The position numbers were made by a program, and so were the translations under genes. A DNA stretch of 64,000 bases from Glycera tridactyla (taxonomy: Eukaryota), in contig OZ286474.1 in assembly GCA_965644265.1 (NCBI GenBank), forward strand, positions 59,148,001 through 59,212,000, read 5' to 3'. This document shows positions 48,700 to 62,985 of the stretch, one piece after another; within the stretch, counting starts at the first letter, position 1, and each line of letters begins with the position of its first letter. The notes beneath the pieces are model-generated. The model ran no database searches and was not told the DNA's origin. It saw only the letters and a list, made by a program, of their open reading frames with translations.

Positions 48700-48960
48700 T
48701 AATGCATTGTACTAGTGCTAGTGCTAGTGTTAGTACTGATGCTAGTGCTGTGGTTTTCATCCTTTCCCATAATGATGTTGGCGTAGCTGCTTCTACTGCC
48801 ACTGGTGAGGATGATGATGATGCTGATGAGGATGAAGATGACGATGACGATAACAATAACGATGAGGATGAAGATGATGACGATGAGGATGACGATGAGA
48901 ATGAGGATGGCGATGAGGATGAGGATGACGATGAAGGTGAGAATGAGGATGACGATCGAT
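48700..48960. repeat. (GAT/GAC/GAG)n microsatellite
   Basis: Direct inspection; it explains the poly-D/E ORF. Confidence 0.9.
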
Positions 48961-50939
48961 ACGAGACATCATGTGGCGGTGTAAGATTCCGGAATTAGTT
49001 TTATGTCCGTGTGAAGTGTAGGAAAATGGTGAGAAGAGGGTAACTTGAAATATGAATGGGAAGGGGGGGGGGGGGGGCGGGGCAGGACAAGACTCTACGA
49101 TACTCTCAACCACATACGATATTCATCCGAGTGTCGGGATTTGATTATTGATTCCTGCTTGACTTTGCCACCATTTAGTTTGAAGCGCTATGAATGTATA
49201 GACATATCACATGTATGGTGACATGGCTAACACTGCCATCAAATATGAAAATGATGACAAGAAATTGTTCGACAGACGAGACAATTGTATGCTGTAGTAC
49301 CTACGTGATGGGGGTGTAAAACTCTGTATACTTGTTCACGATGATATCATTTTGCTATCTGGTGGGAGATACTTGAGGAGTTATTAGTATCACTCTTTGA
49401 GTTTAGGCGAGATTAGAATTCAGTTCCAAATATACCCAGCAAAACATCTCACTATATAGACACGAGGTGGCACTTGCGGTAAGGTGACTCACTTTCTGTA
49501 GCTATCATCAGCATACAAATTTCTGTGAATGTGAGATACAATTCCAAATACTTTTTTTGGCAATCATTATGAAATATTCAAATTCGATAACTCATCCTTT
49601 TCATCAAATGTGATGAGTTGATGAAATACAGTTAGTGGATAATCAGTTGATTCAGCCCCTGTTTCACTAAGATAGGATTGTTAAAAATCTATGCTCATGT
49701 ACTAATCACTGGCTTTCATGTGTTTGACTAATATGCATGCTTGATTGATCTGTGTCATAAATTATGATTGAATTAGTTGATCAGTCACCAAGCAGATAAA
49801 GATGATCCCTCCTTTCATTTAGTTGCCACTAGGTGTCCCTCCAACCAATAGGCACCTCACTGAATGGCTGTTATTGTCCATGTTTCTGACATTTTTCAGT
49901 CGCTCCGTATCTTGACCAGACCTCACTTCTTGAGAATATGGATCCGTCATCTAGGCGATAACATGAAGGTTGGTCTATCATCCATCCCAAGTATAGCTCA
50001 CAGTAGGCGACCGTTCATCTGGAATCTCACCATAGTGATCACTTCAACTCTCTCCACAACCATATTCACCTGCCGGTTGGCTGGTGCAGGCGCAATAGGA
50101 GACAGCTGTCACTCATCCCAACCTGTGAGCCACCATTGTGGTTGACTCCTGGGAAGAAATCGTTTATTGCCGTGATTTCAATGCAATTATGAAAGCTAAT
50201 ATCATGTCGCCCGTCTCATTTTTATTCCGGACCTCTTCAATCCCACATTTCTAAATGATTCCATCAATATCTGTGTCCATTGATATTTACCAGAAATGAG
50301 CGTCAAAATATTTCATGTCCAATAGAAATTTCTCGTGAATATGGGGTTTTATTAAAGCATATTCAAGTTACAACTCAATCACAGCTGAAATCGATTGGCT
50401 GTTGTGTGGATGAGGATGAAATGCGATGTGGAGTTCAGAAGGTTTGGGAGATGGCGCTTCTCGTGTCGCCCTCTCACAATAGATGTCGCTCGCATTGCTA
50501 AGTGCCGCAAGATGTCATTGGCCGCAAGCCAGATAAGATGCTATCGGGCCGTATTCCGACTTCACCTCTGTGACCTCGCGTCGCAATTACAAATCGAAAC
50601 GGGATCGGTCACATGATGGGCACAGTCCTTAGGGTTTCTGGATGCATATTAATATTCACATTTTATGTTCGGATTTTTCTGATGAGGTGACGTCTTCTGT
50701 AATATATGTGTTTCTCGCGTGAGAGTGTAAAAAGACACGAGGCATAAACATGACGTGAGCACGTCGGCAGTAGCCCAGACCAACAGGGATATTATTAGCA
50801 AGGCGTCCTCTGGCTGACAGTTGGATAACTGATGTAGCGCTCGCAATGGTTCTATTTCCGATATTATGATATTGGAACAAGGACTCGTTGGTACGAATGA
50901 AGAGAGGTGACGTGGAAAAGCAGTGGCGATGGAGAATTA

Positions 50940-51550
50940 CAAAAAGAGTAGAAAAGAAGATCAACGAAATGAAAAAGAAGACGAAGTAGAAAGTAAAGAA
51001 AAGGAAGAAGAAGAAGAAGAAGAAGAAGAAGAAGAAGAAGATGATGAAATAGAAGAAAAGGGTAGAGAGGGTGAGGAACAGTGAAGAAAAGAAAGTGAAT
51101 AATTGAAGGAGAAGCAGCAGCTGAATAGATCACAAGATAGAAGACAGTGAAGAGATTAAAAAAAGAAGGAGAAGAGGGAGAAGAAGAAGACGAAAAAGAA
51201 GAAGGAGAAGAAGGGAAGGGGGAGAAAAGGGGAATGAAGGTGAACGAAAAATTGTGGCAAAGACGGAGAGGTGAATAAAGACGAAAAAAGATGAGAATCN
51301 NNNNNNNNNNNNNNNNNNNNNNNNNNNNNNNNNNNNNNNNNNNNNNNNNNNNNNNNNNNNNNNNNNNNNNNNNNNNNNNNNNNNNNNNNNNNNNNNNNNN
51401 NNNNNNNNNNNNNNNNNNNNNNNNNNNNNNNNNNNNNNNNNNNNNNNNNNNNNNNNNNNNNNNNNNNNNNNNNNNGGGAGCAGATGGAAGAGGAGGCGGA
51501 GGGGGGGGGGAGAAGGAGGAAGAGGGGGAAGAGGAAGGAGAAGTAGGAGG
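50940..51550. repeat. (GAA/GGA)n purine tract with N-gap at 51300-51475
   Basis: Direct inspection. Confidence 0.9.
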
Positions 51551-51794
51551 GGATTTATTATTCTCATCGCTCCATGTCGGCAATTATAGTATATGACAAC
51601 TTACGCGAAGTAAAAGCAACAATTCAATAAGGAGAACTATTTGAAACAAACACGAATTGGAATTAGAAACTGATAGCATGGTGAATACAACAGAGAACAA
51701 GAATCCAAACTTCCGGGTGACAATCTTCAGGAAATGTCAGACAAAAATCAAGTGTGCTCATCATTTACAGTTAATGATGATGTGCCGTGCGATG

Positions 51795-51990
51795 ACAGCC
51801 CTCACGTGACTGACATCTTTGCGGGAGTTTCCGGGCACGTGTGTGAGTTGCGCATGCGCGAGGAAATACGGTAAAACACGAGAGGAGAGGACGAGAGTTG
51901 GCAAGACGGACACAGGACCCGTTTCATCAAGATGGCATCAGCCTCAGAGCATGGTGGAAACAAGTATGACAATTTCGAGAGGTGTTATTG
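51795..51990 (+). promoter_or_regulatory. Candidate housekeeping-type promoter and first exon of an unidentified gene
   Basis: CACGTGAC, TGCGCATGCGC (NRF1-type, 51849-51859) and AAGATGGC with ATG at 51932 (MASASEHGGNK), followed by donor-like gtatga. Downstream exons were not assembled. Confidence 0.3.
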
Positions 51991-54968
51991 TAGTGAAACG
52001 AGCGTTAGCCCATTCATAATTCTACATCTTTTGTGTTTCATTGGGTTTCAAGCGATTTTATGAGGACTAATGTGGCTAAGAGGATGTAATGTCACGTGGC
52101 TGAAGGATCCTGTGTCATTGTGCACCATAACCATTCAGAAAATACTGAGTTCAATGTTGTACTTGAACCATGATTGGGATCTCTACAAGGGATTAGCGAA
52201 TACGCACTGTAATTATAAGCACCATACACTTGGAGCTATTCTAAGCATACACCCATCCGGTGGGAAAAAGTGACTACATAGGGCAGATGGCTTGAGGCAG
52301 GTGAATTATAGTGAAAAAAACCTCCGCGGGAAATTCAAAAGTGGCTGCTTAGTGCAGGTGGCTGCTTAGTACAGTGGTTGCTCAGAACATGACAGACTGT
52401 ATATGGTATCTATTTCATGCAATGCTACCAAAACAACTTTACATTTTTTACTTTTCATTTGGGCCCCAGGAGGATTGTTGAATGACCCCACCCGTGCTCA
52501 TTGCATGGGTGTCTCAATATAGTCCAGGTGGTGCTCACGGGCCAAACAAACAATTACCAACAGATCACCCTAATCGATGGGAACGACTTATTCATCTATG
52601 GCCGATGATTTTTGTCTCAGACCTCCATTGATACATTTTTGAATAAAAGAGAATATGTCTGATGCATTGCTCAGTTCACTCGATGTAGTCGTCCAGGTGA
52701 TAGTGGAAGACACATCTGTTTTGCTGTGATTACTGTCAATTCGTCAAATCAATTCACACTCAGGTGAGGTTTCTACCAACAATCGATCCAGTTCCAAGTA
52801 GTCACCCTTATGTTGGGCTGCTTAGAACAGGTGGCTGCTTGGGGCAGATCAATCACAGTGTAGAGTACCCGCTGTGTAGAGTAGCTGCCTAGGACAGCTT
52901 AGACTTTATATAGCACTTGCAGAGTGTTCTGTGGTTCTGCATCGTGACTGGATCGACCATTGGTTATTCGAGGGAATAGACTGGCCATTTTGTTGGGTAT
53001 ATGTGTTGATATGATTCGGGCGCCATTTGACAGGCATATGATGTTTGTCGGGAAGGAGGGGCACATATATTTTAGGAAGAAAGTTTCAGGTACCTTGACT
53101 CATTGTAGTTTCCAAATATGACGACATACTCTGGACCCTTTATCCCACCGAAGTATTCAGCAAGCTCCTGTCTCAATAAGCCACTACCTGATTCCCCGCC
53201 AGACAATCTTTCACTATAATTCACCTTTACTTGGCATCATATCAACACATTTGTAGTGTTTACGTAGTTTCGCTGCATCATTCCTGCGCTCATCGTTGAA
53301 TTAAGTCTGAATTAACGATTCTCGAGTTTGATTCTGAACAATGGTCTTCCTCTCTATTCAATAGTATTGGTGTCCCTCTCACTGTGTTCTTGGCACGTGA
53401 ATACACACCAGTTAAGGAATACCATGTTTTGTATCGATTCTTGTAAAAAATGACCCATTAATCGACACATTCAGCTGACACGCCTATGAAGAGTGCGATG
53501 TGTCCCACTCCAGAACATGCATGCCAGGCCGGTTTTCTGCTGTTTCAGTTAGAAAGAATAGAAAGGTACAGCTAGGTCCACTTAACTGGCCACTGTCCAG
53601 TGTCTAGACCTCACTTAATTGCTGCTCGAGTGGAGATCGGTAACAATACTTTGATAGGTTCAGGATGCCAGTGTCAACACGCCCGACCTCTACAACCACG
53701 CATGCGTGAACAATCTCATGTCAAGCATGCGCGCCAGGTGTGCTGCAAAATGCTCGACTAAGATGTCCCGCACTGTCGAATGCGTTTTAGTGGACACTGC
53801 ATGACACCCGAATTACTGCTGAGAGGTACAGTCCAGTCGCTGGCTATTTTGATCTATTGACATGGGGTGGTAGTAGTGATAGAAGTAGTTGTAGTAGTAG
53901 TAGCTTTGGCAGTAGTAGTAGTAGTAGTGGGTGTAGAATTAGTGGTATCAGTAGTATTACTGGTATCAGTGTGAAACCGTACAAAAATGCAGCAGAAGCA
54001 GCAGCAGTGGTATTAGCAGCTGTGGTGGTAAGACTAGTGCTGGCGGTAGTAGTGATAGATGTAGTAATCATAGAGAAAGTAGTCATAGTATAAGCAGCAG
54101 TTGTAGCAGCAATAACAGTAGAAGTAATAGTGGTGGTAGTGATAAGTTTCTTTATTCCTGTGACAAAGGGTATAACAGTGATATAAACAATGACAAATGA
54201 ATATATCAACATAGTTTCAATTGGCTAAAATCATTTCTAGGTATCAGATTGTTCTTGCATGTATCAAGTGATGGAAGGAGCAAAAGAAGAAGACGAAGAA
54301 TCAATAAAATGGTGGCAGCCACATCATCTGCGCAAAATGGGTGCAAACAAGTATTGCGTTGCTTTGACCATGTCAACAACAGGGAGGGAAAAAAAGAAAA
54401 CATGAAGAAGAATATGAAGTAGTGGAATGACGGGTTGGGGAAAAAAGTAGCCTTCAATTAACTCAAACTCTTGGAATCTATGCAACACAGAGATGACTTG
54501 AATCATGCTGTGGAAATGAAATTTCACATAAGGGTTGGATGAATGGATTGATGTTTGTCGGAAGTCTGCATACAGGGCTGGCATTCATTAAGGTGTGGCT
54601 AGTGACAGACTCGATCCACAGGGGCAGTCATTGAGGGAATGCAATGAAAAGCGTCTGCGTCAAGTCTGATGTGGCTAACGACAGCCACCATCACTTAAAA
54701 AAATCCCTTCTTCCCCAGAAAATGCATACGTCCCCAAAACCTATTAGACTTGTTGATGATCCCGTCCATGAATGTCTTTCATTAGGAAATGCTATGAAAT
54801 GTATCCCAAAAAACAATCAGGGTGATCACAAGCCCTAGCCATTGTTGGCATTCTTTAGGCTTTGAAAAGGCACCTTCGGAATTCTATTTCTGAGCGACAA
54901 ACTGTCACAGACAGGGTATTCCTTACCATGAGTGCCTTCTCACAAATGGCAATAACTCCATGGGTGCA

Positions 54969-55015
<47 letters not shown>

Positions 55016-55204
55016 CACATGCACACACATAAGTAAGCGTATGGGGTGAGGAGAGAAGTGGACAAAATCAACGCCACTGGCAACAGAATAGTTGTATAGA
55101 TCTTGCGTAACAGAAGTATGAACAACAGAAGTTTGTCATTCATGGAAGAGCTTACAATACAATGGAAGCAGAGCCGAGAGAAGTGTAGTTCATCTCATGG
55201 AGGT

Positions 55205-55550
55205 GTTACACAATACCGTCAGAGTTAATGGGCCATAATATGCGACAAAATGCAGTGAGGGCTACAACTCCTACAAAACAGAACCCTGACAATAGGCATT
55301 GCAGCACGTGATGATGGTCATGCTGTGAAAGGCAATAATTTATCGAAAAAAATCTAGTAATGAAACCCTGACAATGTACACTGCAGCATGTGATGATACT
55401 CATTTTCCGGACGTTTGATGGAAATCACATGTGAATTGAATGAGGAGTTGTGCAGCCAAGAAAGTGTAACGGACAGACGAACTGACAGAATGATGGGCTG
55501 ACGGATGGCCACCATTTCTAGATCCCTACACCTTTCGGCGAGAGAAAAAA
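55205..55550 (+). mobile_element. Helentron-associated (HINE/pearl-like) non-autonomous element
   Basis: Two ~80-bp core repeats (ACCCTGACAAT..TGCAGCA.GTGATGAT), an (ACGG/ACAG)n tract, a short 3' stem-loop and an A-run. Confidence 0.4.
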
Positions 55551-55559
55551 CCTTTTCTC

Positions 55560-56390
55560 CAAAAAACAGTAGGGAACATTGGAGACCCCATACATGGTGG
55601 CAAATCATGGGGCGGAGGGGGGGGGGGGTGCAACGAGAAGCATCTGTGTCAAGTCTGGTGTTGCTAGAGACCGGTATAGCATCACTTGCAAAATCAATTT
55701 CTGAAAATGCTTATTTGTCCCTAAAATCATTCAAAGCTTGTTGGAAGGGGACATTTTATCAACAAGTTCCATCAGGCTTGTCAGAATACCGCATCCATGG
55801 CCAGCATTGGTTCCGGGATGCCATGAGAGTGATCTGTGTCAAGGTTGGTGTCGCTAGGGACAGCCACAATCTTTGGAACAATGCATCTCTGGAAATACAA
55901 TTTGTCTCGAAAATCAATCAGGCTTGTCAGGAGACCCCATCCATGGCTGACATTCATCAGAGAATGATGTGGTATGTATCTGTGTCAATGAGAAAGCTAG
56001 GAATTGCATCATTATACAAAAGTGCCTCATGGGCAAAATGCAATCGCAGGTGATCAAGATACCTTTGAAGAATCGAACCCAAACTGGACATAAATTTCTT
56101 GGATCACAAGAAATCATCCCCTGATGGCAAAGTTGCATCTTTCAACAATTTATCATCTCGGAATGACCAAGCAGGACACAGGGACGTTGCCCTGATGGCG
56201 GCTAGATACATAAGTGAATGTATTGAAGCATATACATGTCAAGTTTCATGGGGCTAGGCTCCCATTATACTGAGCAAATGGACTTTCACCATGAACCTAA
56301 CATGACTTGCAGCTGTCAACGCCGACGCTGACGCCGACGCTGGGGTAACAGCAAAACACCCTGGCCTTCGCTGAGACGAGGTGAAGAGAA
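55560..56390 (+). mobile_element. Second HINE-like element with tandem core repeats
   Basis: Three ATCTGTGTCAA..GCTAG units, a (GACGCC)n microsatellite and a 3' stem-loop CACCCTGGCCTTCG..GAGGTG at 56357-56383. Confidence 0.45.
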
Positions 56391-57689
56391 GCAGTAAAAG
56401 AAAGATAAAAAGAAGAAAAAAGAGAAATGAGCAGAGGAGGAAGAAGAAGAAGAAGCAGGAGAAAATAGAAGAGAAAGAAATAAGAAAGAAGAACATGGAG
56501 TTGATGACGATGACGATGCAGTGACGATGACAAAGGCGATGGGGACCACGACGACGATGATGACGAAATCATTTTTGAGAACCCAGAAAAACATTACAAC
56601 GTCATTACTATGAAATTTTAACGTCGATATATGGCGGCTCATCAGACTGCAGTGGACCACTGAGTGACCAAAGGACAGGGACTGACTGGGCCAACAACTA
56701 AATCCCCCAGTTGACCGAGTCAATGGTCAAAGTGGTGGAATAAAGCTACGCTTGAAGTGTCGATGTCCATTTTGTATTTTGGATGTCAAGCGAGAGATCA
56801 GAGGCTCGGGATGAGTGGATCACTTGACCATCTGTTGTCTGTTTCATGATTGACAGCCACTCGTGTCGATATCAGCTCCACGTGACCACAATACGCCTGG
56901 ATAAAAGATGACCCAGTTTTAATCCGGGATTGATCCGACATCACAGAGAAGATGCGCACGCCACTCTTCAACACCTAGCATCCCCCACTGTCCTCCCCCA
57001 TTACGAAATCGAGAAGTGTGCCCCCCCCCCCCCCCCTCCGTCACGAATATCCTGGGATTGAGGTAGGGGCGATATCTTCCCGCTCTCTATCCTTTATAAA
57101 CCTCACTTTTACAGGCAAATTATAGTAGTCACTATGTCAAATTACATCGAGCGTGGTTCGCCAAATATCCCCCAACACCCTCGTGTTGTAAGTGCTAACA
57201 TAGACATATAAAACGCGAATGATGAAATCGAAACTGAAGCTGGCAAAAAACCTGGTAGTAGGTACACCAACTGGACAGTCAGATCTACTTTCGAAAAAAA
57301 AACAGATAGAAAAAAAAAACACTCGGTTGCTGAGCGACCATAGACCTTTCAAGGTGAGACTACATATGTTCGCTCAAAAAAGGAAAATGATACGCAGATA
57401 GAAGATTTTGGGATCTTTTTCCGGAACAGGTGTGACTCGTTCGGATACGCGTCATCATAACTGAGACAGAATCGATCGCGATTTTATTGGTCCCTGGTTG
57501 CCTAGCGACAAGGGAGTGGCATAGGATATATCTTGAGAGAAATTGGGAGTACGAGTTTGTTTCAATCAATCATGAATTATTTTCACATTGCAAAAAATGT
57601 TTTCCCATCAGGCAGAATATATCATAATCTCATACCTCTCCGATCACATAATTGATTGATTGAACATTTTTTAACGTCCTCTCGACATC

Positions 57690-58000
57690 ACACGGGTCAT
57701 TTCGGACTGAAGAATACTATCGAAAGATCAAGGACATGAATTCAGTCGGAAATACTGCCTGGAAATGGTTTACTGCCATTTCCATCAACATAGATGTCTT
57801 TCAAGGTAGACATCCTTAGACTAATCTATTTTTTTTAACGTTGGTGGATCATTATAGGCCCACGATCCCTATCCAAGTATAGGTACCTTCAGTTGTATTC
57901 ATCACCTCGATTACCATGTGGTATTCAACACCTGTGTGACAAAAGCTCATTGGCCTCAATCACCTTTCGGGAAAACATCATCCACAAATGTGTGTTTGCC
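57690..58000 (+). mobile_element. Possible decayed non-LTR retrotransposon RT fragment
   Basis: Broken frame containing ..ISINIDVFQG.. (resembles the RT GVFQGD motif), with stops and frameshifts. Confidence 0.25.
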
Positions 58001-58439
58001 CATTAGAGATTTGGACCCCGCCCATGCACCGGCCACTAACTGGTCAACAACCTCAGTAAGTAGCACGCTTTGATCATTTAGGATCGAGGGAAGGTGTAGC
58101 GCGAGAGAAAAAACACACTTTGATCCTCATAAAAACACAATCGGCTCGAAGAAAGGATCGGAGGACCATGTGCACACGCTTAGGCGTACCATGTGGTTGG
58201 GGTTTGCGCGCGCTCTTGTTGACTCGGAAAAGCTTGGCGTCAACACATTAAGATGTTTTGTTCACTCCTACGGTAAACATCTTCACATATTGTTTTTATC
58301 GACACGCGCCATTGCGTGGAATTTTCTATGTTTATGTTTCGTAGTTCCGATTTTCATTGCTTCCCCAGTGCTACACTGGTGCTGTTTCTGATCTTCCTAC
58401 TGACGCTCTCCTTGTTCCTGAGTTGTACCCAAGCTGTCG

Positions 58440-59110
58440 TCGCCGCCACACTACCGCTGTCACTGCCACTGCCACCCACATCACCACCATCACCAGAACC
58501 ACAACTGCTACCGTCGCCGACACCAACAGGACCACCACCACCAACAACACAAGCAATTTAAACATCAACAACAACGCCACCATCATCATCACCTCCAATA
58601 TGGACAGCCCCACCACCATAAACTACCACCACCACTACCACTACCACTACCACTACCACTACCACTACCACTACCACTACCATCACCACCACCTCCACCA
58701 CCACAACCACAACCTTTTTGTCCTTCACCTTCTCATCCACGACCTTCCTCTTTCCATCTCCTCCTTTTTCATCCTTTTTCATCTCCCCTTTCTTCCCATA
58801 CTTCCTCTTCTTTCTGTTCTTCTTGCACCATCAAAACCACCACCATCACCATCACCATCGCAAACACCACCATCAATACCAATGACAGTAGCAGCAACAA
58901 AAACAACAACGCAACCACTACCATCACCTCTAATATTAACAGCACCACCACCATCACTACCAACGCCACATCTGAAACCACCATCACCACCTCATCTTTT
59001 TCACCTCCTTTTCGCCATCTCTCCTTCTCCCGCATTCTTCTATTTCCCCCACTCCTCCTCCTTCTTATTTATCTCCTTCTTCTTCTTCATCTTCTTCTCC
59101 TTCTTTAGTC
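58440..59110. repeat. (CAC/TAC/TCT)n low-complexity field
   Basis: Direct inspection; it explains the 264-aa HY/P-rich ORF. Confidence 0.9.
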
Positions 59111-61575
59111 TTTTCCTAATAATGATCATTTTATATGTTATAAAATGGTGAAAAGTCAGTAGAAGTTCATCTCCTACGTCACAATCCTTTTCCGGTGCGC
59201 ATTACTACTCTGATTCGGTTTCCATACATGCCTACCACAATGAATGACTCTCCAATGAGAGAAGTGTAAGGTGTTACAACTACTGAAAGTACTTCCACCA
59301 GTGGAAGCTTCCTGCTGAAATTGTAAGAAGGCGACTTTTTCACTTGCTGCTTTTCTCACACAAGCACAATAATTGATACAAGTTTCCGTAAGAGCCCCGA
59401 TGTTATAGTGACTTCATCACCACTGAATCTTGCAAATGCCAGAGATGCAATCGCCGAAAGCAACAGTCCTTGGAGGGGCGGAAGTGAGACAGGCCATCCA
59501 TGATAACTGCACATTTATGACCGGTATCATGGTTGCACAATGGCTCCAGGAGCACTTCATCACTACCTGGCCTGGAGGGCTGGACATCATCTAATATGTT
59601 TGTTGAAGATGGCTGAGATTAATGAGTGATATTTGATTCACGTGCGCGACCACTTCACACAATCCCTATCTAATCTGACCATAAAGAGATAATCTCCCAT
59701 CAGAGCCTCCCATGGATGACAATATTTACCCCTCTTTCCTTTGATCTCGCCCCTAATGGCCGTTCTTTATTTGGGGAGGATTATTTTGTATTTACACTCC
59801 ACTGACTCGCGCATGCTTGGCCCTTCTGAGTTGATACCGAAAATAATCAGTCTGGCGCTAAATTGGTTGATTTGAATGCCCTCCATCTCATCGGATATTG
59901 AGTGTGGGACCAACATATGTTGAATACTGCCATTGAGACGCCAGGACACCACACATCCACTAAACCACAAGAAAACATCAGTAACAACCATGTAGCTACC
60001 ATTCTCGTATCAATTGATATTTAACAATGCCACGGGCCCTCGTGCTAAGAGTAGGCCGAACTAGATCCTGAAATATTTCTATGTTTATTTGTTGCCGTGT
60101 ATAGAACTCTGAACAAAGAATTTTGCATTTTGTATCTTGGTTGAATGGTACTGGTTCAGAGGACCGGTATCGATTCTTAATGGGCTCCTGTGTCAGTTAA
60201 TGGCATTGGTCGTTCTCTGGTCAACTGTACAAAGCTGGTCGATTGTACAGGCAATCCTGTCAGTACATGCAGTCAAGCGAAGACACCAAAGTGCATGCCT
60301 ATTACAGGTTCGGGCACGGGTGAATCACTTTGAAAATACTCTGGTGGGAAGAATGATAGAATGACAAATTCTTGTTTCAGTCTGGCAGGGTGTAGCATAC
60401 ATCATGTAAAGAAGCACATTTTCACACCTGGAGTAATACCATCATATAGCTGAACTTGGCGACGACCAGTTCAACATATAAGTTCAGTGATGAATCTGCA
60501 TGTATGTAATATGTAGCATATGCACTGGTTCCTGGTAAAGCTTCCTATCAACTGGCACAAATGTCAATGACCCATGCCAAAACCTGGTGGTCGAAGGAAA
60601 CCCAGAAAACTCGAGATACTTGGATAAAATGTTTGCATCAATGAATACTGAATATTAAATCTAAGTCTGATATCCAGAGTGCTGCGAATAACAATGAGCG
60701 AGTCAGTGGACAAGCTGGACCCCAAAATCCAGTAACTGAAGAGGTTCAACCTGATGTTTTGGTGATCCAACCAAACCAGCTCATGCTAATTTGGTAATAA
60801 ATTTGGTGGTAAGGTTGGGCTAGTATTCTTTTGGTTTTTGTGATCACATGAAGAAGTGGGTGGTCGTGGACCACTAGCGAACTGCTCATGTCCAGCACTC
60901 ATCCTGCGCACCTCTGATGAATATGATGCGCCCTGTTTTTGTCACATCAACAGGAAACACATTCTGTATACATGATATAGGTATTTTTCGGAAGTCCGCT
61001 TCAACTTCATCATGCCATTCGATCGTTTTGCGCCTAGTATCCCAAAAATAGTAATGACTGCAGACCGAATGTTTAATGAATAACGGAGTGGACAGAACGA
61101 CATTCTCTCACCATCTTCAACCGAAACAAACAATAAGCATCACGTGACTTCAATCTGTCCTCATCAACACTTTGATGTGCTTCCAAACCGCCATCGTCGG
61201 CGATAAGTTAAGATGGGATTATTGGCTGGTAACCCGATTAAACTGAAGCGGCATGGAATATTATCTGTGAGGAATCATCCGTTATGGCGACAGAACACTT
61301 GTGTTAATCCGCCAGAGACTGGCGGCGGCCATATGCACGCCCTCTTGTCTGTTAAATCGCCCTATTATCACCCAACTCTCGCCGCCGACAATGTCAACAC
61401 ACCAGCACTGTCTAAAGCCCTCATTGCTGATTGCTTTATTTTTATTCTGTGACTTTCCGCTTTTCTATATCCGGCCACTGCGGCACCCAAGCAACGAAAA
61501 TGTGTCCTCGATGATATATTTAGGAAATGACCCATTCCTCCAGTCGCGTATAATATAGCGTGGGTTATGGCCTCA

Positions 61576-61700
61576 CAGACTGACTGACTGACTGACTGAC
61601 TGACTGACTGACTGACTGATTGACTGACTGACTGACTAACTGACTGACTCACTGAGTCACTGACTGGCTGGCTGGCTGACTGGCTGGCTTACTGACTGAG
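61576..61700. repeat. (CTGA)n microsatellite
   Basis: Direct inspection. Confidence 0.9.
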
Positions 61701-62795
61701 CTGTGACCATAGCATTTCCTACAGTGATCTACCTCTCTACAAAGGCCACCTTTATACAGAGATCACTTTCTGATGTATAAGAGGGAGGTCTGTGTTCACA
61801 GATTTGACTAATTACGTGATTTGGATTTGAATTAGGACACAATGATCATCGTTTATATGTCTCTCTTTTACCCAGCTGCCCGCGGGACATTCGTCACCAA
61901 GATAAAGACGAGCCGTTGAATGCGCGACCGTCACTGATCCTAGAATAGAATATGTGGTTGACGTCTCCTCAGCGTAGATGACGTTCAAGTACCGCCATTA
62001 CGTCACACGGGACGGGACCATTTCACCAAACCCGTGAGAGAAAACATACTTGGTTGATACGATTTCCAACAATTTTGTGAAACAAGACCCAGATTAAAAA
62101 CACATATTGAAGTGGTCCCGATGCTGGGACATTGTGACGTCACTAATTTGCTTACGTCACACGTTGAATAGTCGTGAAAGGCCAGATCGTGACTGTAAAC
62201 TACCAAATAACAAAGCACCATGCACCAGTTGACTCTAGCCACCAGCTATTCCTCGCATCTCAGGCAGGTATCTATCCGCCAAGTGGTTGCATAATGAAGA
62301 AGACTATATGAGATGACGGGTCAAGGGTAAATTACATCTAATTTGCTGTGCAGAAGCGCAGAGTACCCTCTGGACATTGACGAATTCCCATGACGTCCCA
62401 ATATGAGGCTTGAAGACGTCAGCAATGTATTAGAGGGAGGTGAAGCATCCCCATCGTTTTCATCTCCATCAAGTTATAGAAATATACATGAAGTGAAAGC
62501 AGGCATACTGCATCATGCAACAATCTCACAACCACATCTTTCTACATGATCCCTGTTCAGGTCGATAGTATACACAAGAAAGCGCACAACCAACTCTACC
62601 AACACCACCTCATTACACTGACACCGATACCACCACCACCACCACCACCACAGCCACCACCACCACCACCACCGCCACCTAGACCACCACCATACGCCAC
62701 CATGCGCCTCCTACAACACCATCTAAACACAACCACCTACACACCACCTACACCATCAAGGAGAATTGAACACACAGTGCCATGTATAAATCTAC

Positions 62796-62985
62796 ACATA
62801 GTCACACATCATTTCTTTCAGTTTTCTACAAAGTCTTGACTATTGCCGAAAAAATTAGTCATTGGCAGCCCACAGTACACCCACCACCTCTTATAGTCAC
62901 ACATCCTTCCTTTCAGGTTCCTACGAAAAAATATTGCCGAAAAAATTAGTCGTTGACAGTCCACAGGACACCCCTGCACCACCTC
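62796..62985. repeat. Tandem duplication of a ~95-bp unit
   Basis: ATAGTCACACATC..TATTGCCGAAAAAATTAGTC..CACCACCTCT occurs twice in tandem. Confidence 0.75.

Noticed and set aside
55505-56053. 182-aa ORF
   Set aside because: It runs through the tandem core repeats of a HINE-like element
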